IMG/VR virus record: IMGVR_UViG_3300022661_001261
Coordinates: 595-64,594 of that record
Length of the DNA: 64,000 nt
Reading direction: 5' to 3' (one strand)
Source: a virus
Lineage: Duplodnaviria; Caudoviricetes
In this document: positions 20,124 through 29,911 of the stretch, one piece after another
How positions within the stretch are numbered: position 1 is the first letter of the stretch
How the letters are laid out: every line of letters starts with the position of its first letter
The notes under the pieces: model-generated
The model's database searches: none
The model's input: the letters and a program-made list of their open reading frames with translations, nothing else
What the model was told of the DNA's origin: nothing
Position numbers and translations under genes: made by a program

Positions 20124-21272
20124 ATGAAATTAAACCTTACCACATTAGGCAAAGATATGGTTTTGCAATGTATGGAGGGCGGTTTCACAATGGTATTCTG
20201 CTCCATTGTAATAGGCAACGGCGACGACGCGGGCAGCGAAACATCGTCCGTATCAAACCCGTTGCTCGAAATCCCTATCAGCAACATTGAGAGAGAAAAC
20301 GACTATGTTACACTAACGGGCGTTTTCAACAACAATAGTGTTGCAGACCGTTTCAGAGCCAAAGAAATCGGCGTATATGCTGAATACGAAGATTATAGCG
20401 GAGGAACAATCAGAACGCTATTCGCATACGGCTATGTACCCGACGATGAGGCGGACATTATTCCCGCCAACACAGACTATGTACTCGAAACCACGGAGCA
20501 AGTGCAAGTATTTGTCGGTGCTATCGAAAACCTCTCGGCAATCATCAACGACAGTATGGTAACGGTGTCAAAGGTAGAGTTTGACGCACACGCCAACAAC
20601 ACCAAAAACCCACACAGAGTTACAGCGGAGCAAATCGGACTCGGAAATGTACCGAATGCCGCGCCGGGAGATATGACGGTAGAATATGAAACCTCGGAGG
20701 AGGTTACGCCGCTCACATCGGGCGAAAACTTCCGCTCCGCACTCGGCAAAATCGCGTCTGCGGTTTTGAGTTTCATATCTCACCTCAAAGCCTCAAACCC
20801 GCATAATGTAACGGCCGCACAGGTGGGTGCAGCCAAAAGCACCCACTACCACAACGCGTCGCAGATAAACGCGGGTACATTGTCGCCCGCCCGTGGAGGA
20901 ACAGGAACGACCTCTCTCGCAAATCTCCGCACCCTGCTCGAAATGGAGGGCGCGGCGGGTATTGTAACCGGGTCTTACACAGGCAAAGGAACATACGGGT
21001 CAAGCAACAAAACCTCACTTACCTTTGCCTCCGCCCCGAAACTCCTCGTAGTTATGCCTGTATCGAATACGAGCCACGCAGACTACGGCGGATTTGTTGT
21101 TTTGAACGGCGTACAGGCCCTCCGCGCGGGCGGCCTTTCCGACGACGTATCGAACTCGGAAAGTCAGCTGCAGTTTACTTGGGGCAAAACGGTGTCTTGG
21201 TACAACACAAGCAATTCGTATTTCCAACAGAATGCGTCGGGTTGGACCTACACATATTTTGCAATTCTATAA
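20124..21272 (+). CDS. Tail fibre / collar protein
   Basis: LTTLGK N-terminus, KEIGVYA...LFAY, NPHRVTAEQIGL repeats; start chosen from aggagg RBS at 20111. Confidence 0.8.
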   Translation: MKLNLTTLGKDMVLQCMEGGFTMVFCSIVIGNGDDAGSETSSVSNPLLEIPISNIERENDYVTLTGVFNNNSVADRFRAKEIGVYAEYEDYSGGTIRTLFAYGYVPDDEADIIPANTDYVLETTEQVQVFVGAIENLSAIINDSMVTVSKVEFDAHANNTKNPHRVTAEQIGLGNVPNAAPGDMTVEYETSEEVTPLTSGENFRSALGKIASAVLSFISHLKASNPHNVTAAQVGAAKSTHYHNASQINAGTLSPARGGTGTTSLANLRTLLEMEGAAGIVTGSYTGKGTYGSSNKTSLTFASAPKLLVVMPVSNTSHADYGGFVVLNGVQALRAGGLSDDVSNSESQLQFTWGKTVSWYNTSNSYFQQNASGWTYTYFAIL

Positions 21273-21285
21273 GGAGGTATGAACT

Positions 21286-24200
21286 ATGGCTATTGAAAAA
21301 ATTACAGAACAGCCGAAATCGTCAAATGTTGTCGAGAGTGCGTCTGTATTGGTAACGCAGCCGGAGGAGGTAAACGGACAAACTACCGAGGTAGTACGCA
21401 GAGCCTCTATTTTGGCTATGGTTGCCGCGTTAAGAGCCGCAGGAATCAACGAGGGCTACGCCACGGACGCGGCTATCAGAGATATGTACCCGGACCTCGT
21501 AAAGAGCGTAGAGCCTACGGAAACGGGAATTTTGGTTACATACTTTGACGACTCCACACAGGAAATCCCTATTGAAAGCGGCGGACTCGCTTTTGATGAG
21601 GTAACATACGACACCGATACGGGCTATTTACACATTTCTCTCAACGGAGAGGACGTGGTAGACCCCTGCTATATCGGAGGCGGCGGAGGTGGCGGAGGCT
21701 CGGCAAGTGCCACCTACATCATTACCTTGCAAAACCTTTTGGATAGCAGAACTTTCACAGTCCCGGAGGGACAGGCGGTTAATGTTCGTTTCAATTATTC
21801 CTCTGTTGACGGCGACGGAGAAGACGACGGCCCCGGCATTGGAACGATTTACATTGGCGGCGTGAGAGCAGGAACGGTCAACATCGTACAGGGCGAAAAC
21901 ACGCTCGATGTTGCAAAATACCTTGTGGCGGGTGCAAACACCGTTAAAATCAAGGTGGAAAACTCCGAGGGCGTAAGCAAATCCATTGTTTACAACATCA
22001 CCTCGGTAGCGTTGAGTATGAAAACCACGTTGAGCGAATTTTCAATCAATAGTGGCGAGGTAATTTTCTACTACACGCCCACAGGTACAGGCACAAAGAC
22101 CGTGCATTTCATTATGGACGGCGTCGAAATCGGCACAGCGGAGGTCGTAAGCACAGGCAGAAGTCAGCGATTTACAATCCCCGCACAGGCTCACGGCGGA
22201 CACGTTTTCGAGTCGTACTGCGATATGACAGTCGGAGAAACGACCCTCACAAGTAACGTGATTAAACTCGGTATGATTTGGACGGAGAGCGGGAACGCAG
22301 ATATTTCTATCGCGTCCACCTTTGCCGTAGCAGCTGCAAAGCAGGGCGAAAACCTTGCTATCAATTACATCGTTCACAACCCAGCGTCTGAAACGACTAC
22401 GGTTGTGCATAAGGTGCTTAACCCGGACGGCACAGAATACTCTGCAAACACCCTCACGGGCGTAGACAGAACAGCGCAGACGTGGAATGTGCAGGACTAC
22501 CCGACAGGAAGTGTCAAATTCCGTATCGAGGCAGGAACGGCGTACAAAGAGTTTACCGTTGCTGTTGAGAGCAGCGGAGTCGTAATCGAAAGCATTACGG
22601 ACGGCCTTGTGTTCAACTTCACAGCCGCCGGCCGCAGTAACCTCGAAGAAAACCCCGCCCATTGGGAAACCGAAGACGGGAACGTGGTGGCAACCTTTGA
22701 CGGCGTAGGATTTGCAGGGTCGGACGGTTGGCTCACATCTGCCGACGGTAGCCCGATGTTGCGACTACTCCCCGGAGGAGAAGTTACAATCCCATTTGCT
22801 TTATTCCAAACCGACCGCAGAGAGAACGGCGTAACGGTAGAGGTAGAAATGGCGACTCACAATGTACGCGACTACGACAGCGTCGTTATGTCGTGCTTGT
22901 CGGGTGGCCGAGGCTTCAAAATCGCCTCGCAGTACGCGCAGATTTCCTCGGAGCAGAGCCAACTCTCTATGCAGTTTAAGGAAGATGAGCGCGTGAGAGT
23001 ATCTTTTGTTGTTGAGCCGCAGAGTCTTAATCGTCTTATCTATGTTTATGTAGACGGCATTATGTGCGGTGCAATTCAATACCCCGCTGACGACAACTTT
23101 CAGCAAAACCCGGCCGTGGGTATTACCCTCGGCGCAGAGTCTTCGGGTATCGACCTTTTCCGCGTAATGCTTTACGACAGAGGTTTGACGAGAAGCGAAT
23201 TGCTCTCAAACTACATCGCAGACAGACCTACTCTTGCAGACAGACTGAACGCGCACGAAAGAAACAATATTCTGAATGTTTCGGAGGAAATCGTTATCGA
23301 AAAACTCCCTGCAACACTCCCGTATATGATTATTTCGTGCGACAGTTTGCCTCAATTCAAGGGCAATAAACTGACTTGCGATATTGTATATGTCAACCCG
23401 GCAGACCCAAGCCGCAGCTTTGTAGCATACGGCGTACAAATCGACGTACAGGGTACATCTTCGGCGGGCTACAAGAAAAAGAACTTCAAAATCAAATTCA
23501 AGAACGGTCTTACCTATACAGCGTCGAACACCGAGGCGGAGGCGTACCAACTCGCTCCTACCTCAATTCCGACAGACACATTCACGATGAAAGCCGATGT
23601 CGCGTCAAGCGAAAGCGCGAACAACGTGGAACTCGTCAAGCTGTTCAACGATACCGTACCTTACACCCTGCCTCCGCAGGAGGAGGACGCTCGCGTCCGT
23701 TGGGGTATCGACGGTTATCCTTGTGTTATCTTTTGGAACAACACAGCAGAGGCTACCACGCTGTTTTGGGGCAAATACAACTTTAACAACGACAAAGGAA
23801 CGGCCGAAGTATTCGGCCTTACGGAGGGCTGTGAGAGTTGGGAAATTTGCAACAATACGAGCGACCGCGTAATCTTCAAAAAGAGCGACTACTCCGACGA
23901 CAGTTGGAAAAGCGACTTTGAAGCCCGTTACCCGGAGGACAACACAGACTATACCAACCTCAAACGCCTTACCGATTGGATTGTTTCAACCGACAGAGGC
24001 GCAGCGACAGGACAGGTCCTCTCGCCGTCTGTTACTATCGGAGATACGATTTACAGGACAGACGACGCGGCGTACCGCCTCGCAAAATTCAAAGCAGAAT
24101 TTGAGCAGTATTTCGTCAAGACTCCTACGCTGTACTACTATCTGTTTACGGAAGTATTCATTATGGGCGACAGCAGAGCCAAAAACGCATTCCCGACCAC

Positions 24201-27200
24201 CTACGACGGCACTCATTGGCTATTCCTACCCTACGATATGGATACCGCTATTGGTATCAATAACGAGGGTAAATTGGTGTTTGAGTATGACCTCGAAGAC
24301 ACCGACACAGTCAACGGAGCGGACGTATACAACGGTCAAGGCAGCGTACTTTGGTGCAATGTTAGGGACGCTTTTGGTGATGAAATCAAAGAGATTTACC
24401 ACACATTAAGAAGCGGGACCGTATTCAACTACGACACCATTTTACAGCGTTTCCTCACACACCAGTCTGCGTGGCCGGAGGCGGTTTGGAACGAAGACGC
24501 TTATGCAAAATACCTTGAGCCTCTGCTCTCGGATAACGACAGCAGTTACCTCGGAATGTTGCAGGGCAACAAAGAAAGCCAAAGAGCGTGGTGGTTGTTT
24601 AACGGTTTCAGATACCGCGACAGTAAGTATCAGACGGGCGACGCGCAAAGCAAATTTATCACCCTGCGCTGTTACAATGTAGGTAATATCACCGTGAAGC
24701 CTTATAGCCACATTTGGCCCCGCATTAAGTACGGCTCATACACCGTTACGGAACGCGGAAAGCGTAACCAAGAAACAACCCTCATTTGTCCTCTCGACAA
24801 TATGAACGACACCGAGGTATATATCTACTCGGCGGACAGACTTTCCGAAATCGGAGATTTGAGCGGACTCCAAGTAGGTTACGCCGACTTCTCAATGGCT
24901 ACAAAGCTGCAAAAACTGAAAATCGGCGACGGAGCGGACGACTACGAGAACACCCGTATGGAGGAACTCTATGTAGGCAATAACGAACTGCTCTCCGAGG
25001 TAGATGTCAGAAAGTGCGTAGCACTTACACAGACGATTGACCTTTCGGGCTGTTCGGGTATCGAGGTTATCAGAGCCGGAGGCAGCGCAATCCCGTCAGT
25101 TACTCTCCCTGTTGGTGGTAAACTGAAAACAATGGAACTCCCGGCAACGATTACAAACCTTACAATCCGCAATCAGCAGGAACTCGAAACCCTTACTATC
25201 GAGGGCTGCACTAATGTTTCCACATTGAGAGTGGAAAACACGCCGAATGTTCCTATTGAGCAAATTATCACCCAAAGCACCGCACTTGACCGTGTTCGCC
25301 TTATTGGCGTAGAGTGGATGGCGACGGACGAAGCCTCGCTCGCCGCTATTATCACGAAGTTAGAGAATTGCGGTGGTATGGACGCAGCCGGAGGAAACAC
25401 GGCAAAGGCTGTTGTTACAGGCCGCCTTTATGTACCGTCTATTTCGGGCGATTTGATGAGCCGTATTTTTACGGCGTTCCCGGAACTCGCGGTAATCGTA
25501 AACGGCACAGCAAACTATCTTGTCCGTTACCTCAACTACGACAATTCTATCCTTTACAACCTCGTTGTATCGGACGGAGGCGACGCAATCAATCCTGTGG
25601 AAACGGGAGCAATCGAAACACCCGCAAAGCCGGCCACGGAGGATATTCAGTATACATTCCTTTCGTTTGGTACTTTGCCTACAAACATTCACGCGAATAC
25701 AAGCGTTACAGCGCAGTATGTTGAAAACTACGCCGTCAGATTTTACGGCGCAGAGGAAACTCTGTTGCATACCGAATTTGTACGCAAGGGACAGGACGCT
25801 ACCGAGCCTATCGGAGCGGGCATTATCGAAACCCCGGAGAAAGAAACCACACCGCAGTATACCTATGCGTATGCGGGTTGGGACTCCTCGCTCGAAAACA
25901 TCACAGAGCCTCGTAGCATAAACGCTGTATTCGACGCTACATTGAGGTCTTACACCGTCCGCTTTATGAACGGCGCAGACCTTATCTTCTCGCAGATTGT
26001 TGACTACGGCGGAAACGCAATCTACGCGGGCGACTTCCCGACGAAAGAGTCCACAGCGCAGTATCACTATACATTTAGCGGTTGGACTCGCACCGAGGGC
26101 GGAGAGGCTGACGAAAATGCTCTGCTGAACATCACAGGCGACACCAATATTTACGCAGCTTATACCGCTACTTTGAGAGTGTATTACGAGGTTAAATTCT
26201 TCAACGGCACAACGCTCTTGCAGACCGTTAATGTTGAAGCAGGAGGCGACGCAGAATACACAGGCGGTAGCACTCCGAGCAAGGCTCAAACGGCGCAGTA
26301 CACCTACACCTTTGCAGGGTGGGCCGCAGCTGACGGCGGAGAGGCTGACCCGGAAATCCTCGAAAACATTTCGGGAAACAAGAATGTATACGCTGCTTAC
26401 AATGCGACCGTCAGAAAGTATACTGTACGCTTCTTGAACGGCACAACCGTCCTGCAGACGATTTCCAATGTTCCTTACGGCTCAAACGCTACCTACACGG
26501 GAGCAACGCCGGAGAGCGAAGTGGAGGACGAAGAATTCAGCGGTTGGTCCCCGACTCCGAGCAACATTACGGGCGATACAGACTGTTATGCACAGTTTAT
26601 CAACCCGAATGCGCTTGACAGTAAGACTTGGGCTGAAATCGCAGAAATCTCCGCCGCAGGAACAGGAGCGAACTACTTCTCTGTCGGCGACTGCAAGGCA
26701 GTTGAACTTAACGGAACAGTCGGAACTCTCGCGCTGTCTGCCGAAACTTACTATGTGTATATTCTCGGCTTTAATCATAACAGCGAAATCGAGGGCAACG
26801 GTATTTCGTTCGGTACATTCAAAACCGCAAAATCAAAGGGCAAAGACATCTGTTTGGTTGATAGCGGTTATGGTAGTAACTTTACCGACGGCACAAAGTA
26901 TTTCAATATGAACCACAGCGGCAACACGAACTCCGGCGGTTGGCAAGGTTGCGATATGCGTTATGATATTCTCGGCTCTGTCGATGTAAACGACGCACAG
27001 TACGCAAGTGAAACCACAGCGACCGACCCTGTTGCGAATACGCTTATGGCGGCACTCCCGGCGGACCTCCGCGCGGTTATGAAGCCTATCACGAAGTATA
27101 CAAACAACACGGGCGGCAGCGGAGATACCGAGGTCAAGGTACAGACCACTACGGACTACTTACCGTTGCTCGCAGAGTTTGAAATCTTCGGAGCGCGCAC

Positions 27201-27429
27201 CTACGCAAACTCCTATGAGCAGAACTATCAGAAGCAGTACGCATACTACGCCGCAGGAAACAGCAAGGTCAAGTATCGCCATTCTGCGAATGGTTCGGCA
27301 GCGCGTTGGTGGGAGCGGTCTGCTTACTACAACGACAGCAGCAACTTCTGCATTGTCTACACGAACGGCCTCGCCCACTACACCGGCGCTCACTACTCCT
27401 ATGGCGTGGCCCCGGCTTTCAAAGTCTAA
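21286..27429 (+). CDS. Large tail / receptor-binding protein, DGR target (CotH-kinase-like region, LRR-like region, ~5 InlB-B-like repeats, C-terminal C-type-lectin-fold VR domain)
   Basis: 2047 aa; WLFLPYDMDTAIG; repeats of type YTVRFxNG...PTKESTAQYxYTFxGW; C-terminus WWERSAY...GVAPAFKV contains the VR. Confidence 0.88.
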   Translation: MAIEKITEQPKSSNVVESASVLVTQPEEVNGQTTEVVRRASILAMVAALRAAGINEGYATDAAIRDMYPDLVKSVEPTETGILVTYFDDSTQEIPIESGGLAFDEVTYDTDTGYLHISLNGEDVVDPCYIGGGGGGGGSASATYIITLQNLLDSRTFTVPEGQAVNVRFNYSSVDGDGEDDGPGIGTIYIGGVRAGTVNIVQGENTLDVAKYLVAGANTVKIKVENSEGVSKSIVYNITSVALSMKTTLSEFSINSGEVIFYYTPTGTGTKTVHFIMDGVEIGTAEVVSTGRSQRFTIPAQAHGGHVFESYCDMTVGETTLTSNVIKLGMIWTESGNADISIASTFAVAAAKQGENLAINYIVHNPASETTTVVHKVLNPDGTEYSANTLTGVDRTAQTWNVQDYPTGSVKFRIEAGTAYKEFTVAVESSGVVIESITDGLVFNFTAAGRSNLEENPAHWETEDGNVVATFDGVGFAGSDGWLTSADGSPMLRLLPGGEVTIPFALFQTDRRENGVTVEVEMATHNVRDYDSVVMSCLSGGRGFKIASQYAQISSEQSQLSMQFKEDERVRVSFVVEPQSLNRLIYVYVDGIMCGAIQYPADDNFQQNPAVGITLGAESSGIDLFRVMLYDRGLTRSELLSNYIADRPTLADRLNAHERNNILNVSEEIVIEKLPATLPYMIISCDSLPQFKGNKLTCDIVYVNPADPSRSFVAYGVQIDVQGTSSAGYKKKNFKIKFKNGLTYTASNTEAEAYQLAPTSIPTDTFTMKADVASSESANNVELVKLFNDTVPYTLPPQEEDARVRWGIDGYPCVIFWNNTAEATTLFWGKYNFNNDKGTAEVFGLTEGCESWEICNNTSDRVIFKKSDYSDDSWKSDFEARYPEDNTDYTNLKRLTDWIVSTDRGAATGQVLSPSVTIGDTIYRTDDAAYRLAKFKAEFEQYFVKTPTLYYYLFTEVFIMGDSRAKNAFPTTYDGTHWLFLPYDMDTAIGINNEGKLVFEYDLEDTDTVNGADVYNGQGSVLWCNVRDAFGDEIKEIYHTLRSGTVFNYDTILQRFLTHQSAWPEAVWNEDAYAKYLEPLLSDNDSSYLGMLQGNKESQRAWWLFNGFRYRDSKYQTGDAQSKFITLRCYNVGNITVKPYSHIWPRIKYGSYTVTERGKRNQETTLICPLDNMNDTEVYIYSADRLSEIGDLSGLQVGYADFSMATKLQKLKIGDGADDYENTRMEELYVGNNELLSEVDVRKCVALTQTIDLSGCSGIEVIRAGGSAIPSVTLPVGGKLKTMELPATITNLTIRNQQELETLTIEGCTNVSTLRVENTPNVPIEQIITQSTALDRVRLIGVEWMATDEASLAAIITKLENCGGMDAAGGNTAKAVVTGRLYVPSISGDLMSRIFTAFPELAVIVNGTANYLVRYLNYDNSILYNLVVSDGGDAINPVETGAIETPAKPATEDIQYTFLSFGTLPTNIHANTSVTAQYVENYAVRFYGAEETLLHTEFVRKGQDATEPIGAGIIETPEKETTPQYTYAYAGWDSSLENITEPRSINAVFDATLRSYTVRFMNGADLIFSQIVDYGGNAIYAGDFPTKESTAQYHYTFSGWTRTEGGEADENALLNITGDTNIYAAYTATLRVYYEVKFFNGTTLLQTVNVEAGGDAEYTGGSTPSKAQTAQYTYTFAGWAAADGGEADPEILENISGNKNVYAAYNATVRKYTVRFLNGTTVLQTISNVPYGSNATYTGATPESEVEDEEFSGWSPTPSNITGDTDCYAQFINPNALDSKTWAEIAEISAAGTGANYFSVGDCKAVELNGTVGTLALSAETYYVYILGFNHNSEIEGNGISFGTFKTAKSKGKDICLVDSGYGSNFTDGTKYFNMNHSGNTNSGGWQGCDMRYDILGSVDVNDAQYASETTATDPVANTLMAALPADLRAVMKPITKYTNNTGGSGDTEVKVQTTTDYLPLLAEFEIFGARTYANSYEQNYQKQYAYYAAGNSKVKYRHSANGSAARWWERSAYYNDSSNFCIVYTNGLAHYTGAHYSYGVAPAFKV
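27293..27421 (+). repeat. DGR variable region (VR)
   Basis: 129-nt ungapped match to 27982-28110; all 19 mismatches are at TR adenines. Confidence 0.97.
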
Positions 27430-27442
27430 TCGCACTATCACA

Positions 27443-27470
27443 TTATCCGCCCTCAAACGAGGGCGGATAA
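27443..27470 (+). promoter_or_regulatory. DGR target-recognition hairpin/cruciform downstream of the VR/IMH
   Basis: Perfect 12-bp stem TTATCCGCCCTC-aaac-GAGGGCGGATAA, 14 nt after the target stop codon. Confidence 0.85.
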
Positions 27471-27491
27471 AACCCTCGAAAGGAGAATTTT

Positions 27492-27947
27492 ATGTCTGTA
27501 TTGAAATCAAGGAGAGCAGAAAGCAAAGCGGAATATCTGAACACAGCATTCGAGATTTGTGCAGAAACAATGGCTTTCCTCAAACACCTGTCTACAAGAT
27601 ACTCCCGCCTCTTGGCGGCGGACACAATGCACCTCGCAACACAGGTCCTCACGGAATGCGAAAAAGCGAACAGCATATATCCGTCGGACGACGCGAGAAA
27701 AGCCCTGCGAAAAACGCACCTCCTCGAAGCGCGAGCCTCGCTATTGTCGCTTGATGTTATGCTCACCCTTTGTTATCAATCTATGATGAAAAACCCGGAG
27801 GGGGCATTTGCGACGGCGAGCGGAAAGACGGTAGACGCAGGAGAAGCGGTAAAGAAGTTGGATAGAATGTCGCAGTCCCTCGGAGAACTGATTGACAAGG
27901 AAAACAACCTCATTACCAAAGTTATAAAAAGCGACAAGGCGAGATAA
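27492..27947 (+). CDS. avd: DGR accessory variability determinant (Avd-like four-helix protein)
   Basis: 151 aa, basic and helical; MSVLKSRR..S, EKANSIYP, HLLEARASLLSL; between VR and TR. Confidence 0.85.
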   Translation: MSVLKSRRAESKAEYLNTAFEICAETMAFLKHLSTRYSRLLAADTMHLATQVLTECEKANSIYPSDDARKALRKTHLLEARASLLSLDVMLTLCYQSMMKNPEGAFATASGKTVDAGEAVKKLDRMSQSLGELIDKENNLITKVIKSDKAR

Positions 27948-27981
27948 TCGCCACGTGGGTACATTTCTGTAAAACTTGTTT

Positions 27982-28110
27982 GTTCGACAGCGAATTGGTG
28001 GGAGCGGTCTGCTAACTACAACAACAGCAACAACTTCTGCAATGTCAACACGAACGGCAACGCCAACAACAACAACGCTAACAACTCCAATGGCGTGGCC
28101 CCGGATTTCA
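27982..28110 (+). ncRNA. DGR template repeat (TR)
   Basis: AAC-rich non-coding copy of the VR between avd and RT; shares the G/C element tggcgtggccccgg. Confidence 0.96.
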
Positions 28111-28343
28111 CAAAACCACTTTGTGGGATAGGTCGATAAAAGTAGTCGCAAGATGAAAGGGACCTTTGTGAAAGGAGAAATGTTTCCCGTCGGGTAAAAC
28201 CGCAAAACTGTCCTTTTGATGTGCTTACACGGACGCTTCTTGCATTGCGGGAGGATATAGTGCTAAATTCCGTTTAATGTGTCAGCACAAAGTAGTTTAG
28301 GCGCACTCTATATCACAACTATACGAAAGGCGAATAAATTTTT

Positions 28344-29525
28344 ATGAACAGCAAAGAACGACACGAAGCCCGCTACCAACGAAGAAAGGCGGCGCGGCTC
28401 GAAAAGAAACTCGCAAGAGTAGAAGCAATCGGAGGAATTGAAACGGCTCTTTCTTACCACGAACTTTTCAAGGCAGGAAAGAAATGGTGCAACGGCGTGA
28501 GGTGGAAAAACAGTACGCAGAGGTTTGAAATGCACTTGTTTTCGGGAACGGCGGTAAGGTACGCGCAGATTATGAGCGGTAATTGGAAACCCGCCCCGTA
28601 TGTGCATTTTACGCTTTCGGAAAGAGGCAAGGTACGGCCCATAGACGCACCGAGAATACAGGATAGACAAGTACACAAAGCGTACACGCGGAATGTGCTG
28701 TTACCCCTGTATTTGCCCGATATGATTTGGAACAACGGAGCAAGTTTAGAGGGAAAGGGCTTTGATTTCTCGCAGAGAATGTTAAAAGAGGACCTCCGCG
28801 CACACTTCCGCCGATACGGAAAGCAGGGACACATTATTCTGCTCGACTTTTCAAAGTATTTTCCGACAGCCCCTCACAGAGAACTATACAGGCGACACAG
28901 GAGGCTCATTCTCGACGAGAGGTTGAGAAACTTCGGCGACGCTATCGTAGCCTCGGTAAAGGGCGACACGGGAATGCCGCTCGGCGTAGAGCCAAGTCAA
29001 GCGGAAATGATTGCCCTGCCGTCCCCGATTGACAACTACATCAAGTGTCAGATGTCTATAAAGAGAGCCGGACACTATATGGACGACTATTATATTCTTG
29101 TTCCTCCCGGCGACGACCCGAAAGAAATACTCTCGACGGTCATAGAAAAGGCGCAGACTATGGGTTTGCGTATCAACAGGAGCAAGTCACGGATAAAGCC
29201 TCTCACGAAACCGTTTAGATATTGCAAAGCAAAATATATCATCACGGACACCGGGCGCGTTATAGTTAGCGGTAACCGGGACGGTGTAAAGAGAGCAAGA
29301 CGCAAAATCAAAGCATTCAAGGAGAAAATAGAAACCCGCAAAATGACATACGAGGACCTTTGGACCTCGGTAAATGGCATACTCGCCTATTTCGGTAAAT
29401 ACGACAATCACCGTCGCGTACTGAAATTGAGGCGATTATTTTTTGCCGTTTTCGGATTTTCCCCGGAGCGTATAGAAAATTTCAGATATAGGGAGTTGAT
29501 TGCAAATGGAGTATGTAGCACATAG
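28344..29525 (+). CDS. DGR reverse transcriptase
   Basis: ERGKVRPI..P.IQDR, LLDFSKYF, GMPLGVEPSQ, YMDD catalytic motif; adjacent to TR. Confidence 0.96.
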   Translation: MNSKERHEARYQRRKAARLEKKLARVEAIGGIETALSYHELFKAGKKWCNGVRWKNSTQRFEMHLFSGTAVRYAQIMSGNWKPAPYVHFTLSERGKVRPIDAPRIQDRQVHKAYTRNVLLPLYLPDMIWNNGASLEGKGFDFSQRMLKEDLRAHFRRYGKQGHIILLDFSKYFPTAPHRELYRRHRRLILDERLRNFGDAIVASVKGDTGMPLGVEPSQAEMIALPSPIDNYIKCQMSIKRAGHYMDDYYILVPPGDDPKEILSTVIEKAQTMGLRINRSKSRIKPLTKPFRYCKAKYIITDTGRVIVSGNRDGVKRARRKIKAFKEKIETRKMTYEDLWTSVNGILAYFGKYDNHRRVLKLRRLFFAVFGFSPERIENFRYRELIANGVCST

Positions 29526-29898
29526 GCGATTTAAGGCAAAAGCGATATGCGGTAATGTAAATATCCCCGCCCTTACGGTTTGCACCGAGAGAGGCGGGGT
29601 TATTTATTACGACGGTAAACCTCTTTGTACGGTTAATAGCGATAACGCCTACAAACATTTCGCCCGAAACGACGACGGCAGGGGCCTTGAAAGAGGACGG
29701 CTGACACGGGCCATTACAAACACCCTCGAAAAAAGGGACGACCAATACCAAGAGCGTTGGGACAAAGTGTGGGACGACCCTGCGTGCAGACAATTCAAAA
29801 GGCGCACCAATGACGATTTTTGGCTTTGGAATTTCGCTTTTTTCAATGCTGAAATTTTCTCCCTCGAACATATTGCGGAACTCGTTGGGTGCAGATAA
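29506..29898 (+). CDS. Hypothetical protein overlapping the RT 3' end
   Basis: gggag RBS; ~130 aa; Trp/Phe-rich C-terminus; start overlaps the RT stop. Confidence 0.7.
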   Translation: MEYVAHRRFKAKAICGNVNIPALTVCTERGGVIYYDGKPLCTVNSDNAYKHFARNDDGRGLERGRLTRAITNTLEKRDDQYQERWDKVWDDPACRQFKRRTNDDFWLWNFAFFNAEIFSLEHIAELVGCR

Positions 29899-29911
29899 AG
29901 GAGGATTTTTT

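Noticed and set aside
20124-21272. Second DGR target in the upstream tail fibre
   Set aside because: Its 3' end has no similarity to the TR; I saw no other TR-like copy, though an alignment search is needed to exclude one
28010-28090. AAC microsatellite or CRISPR-like repeat
   Set aside because: It is the DGR template repeat; no repeat-spacer array or cas genes were seen anywhere in the window
28344-29525. Group II intron or retron RT
   Set aside because: No maturase/endonuclease domain or msr-msd; TR/VR/avd context explains it
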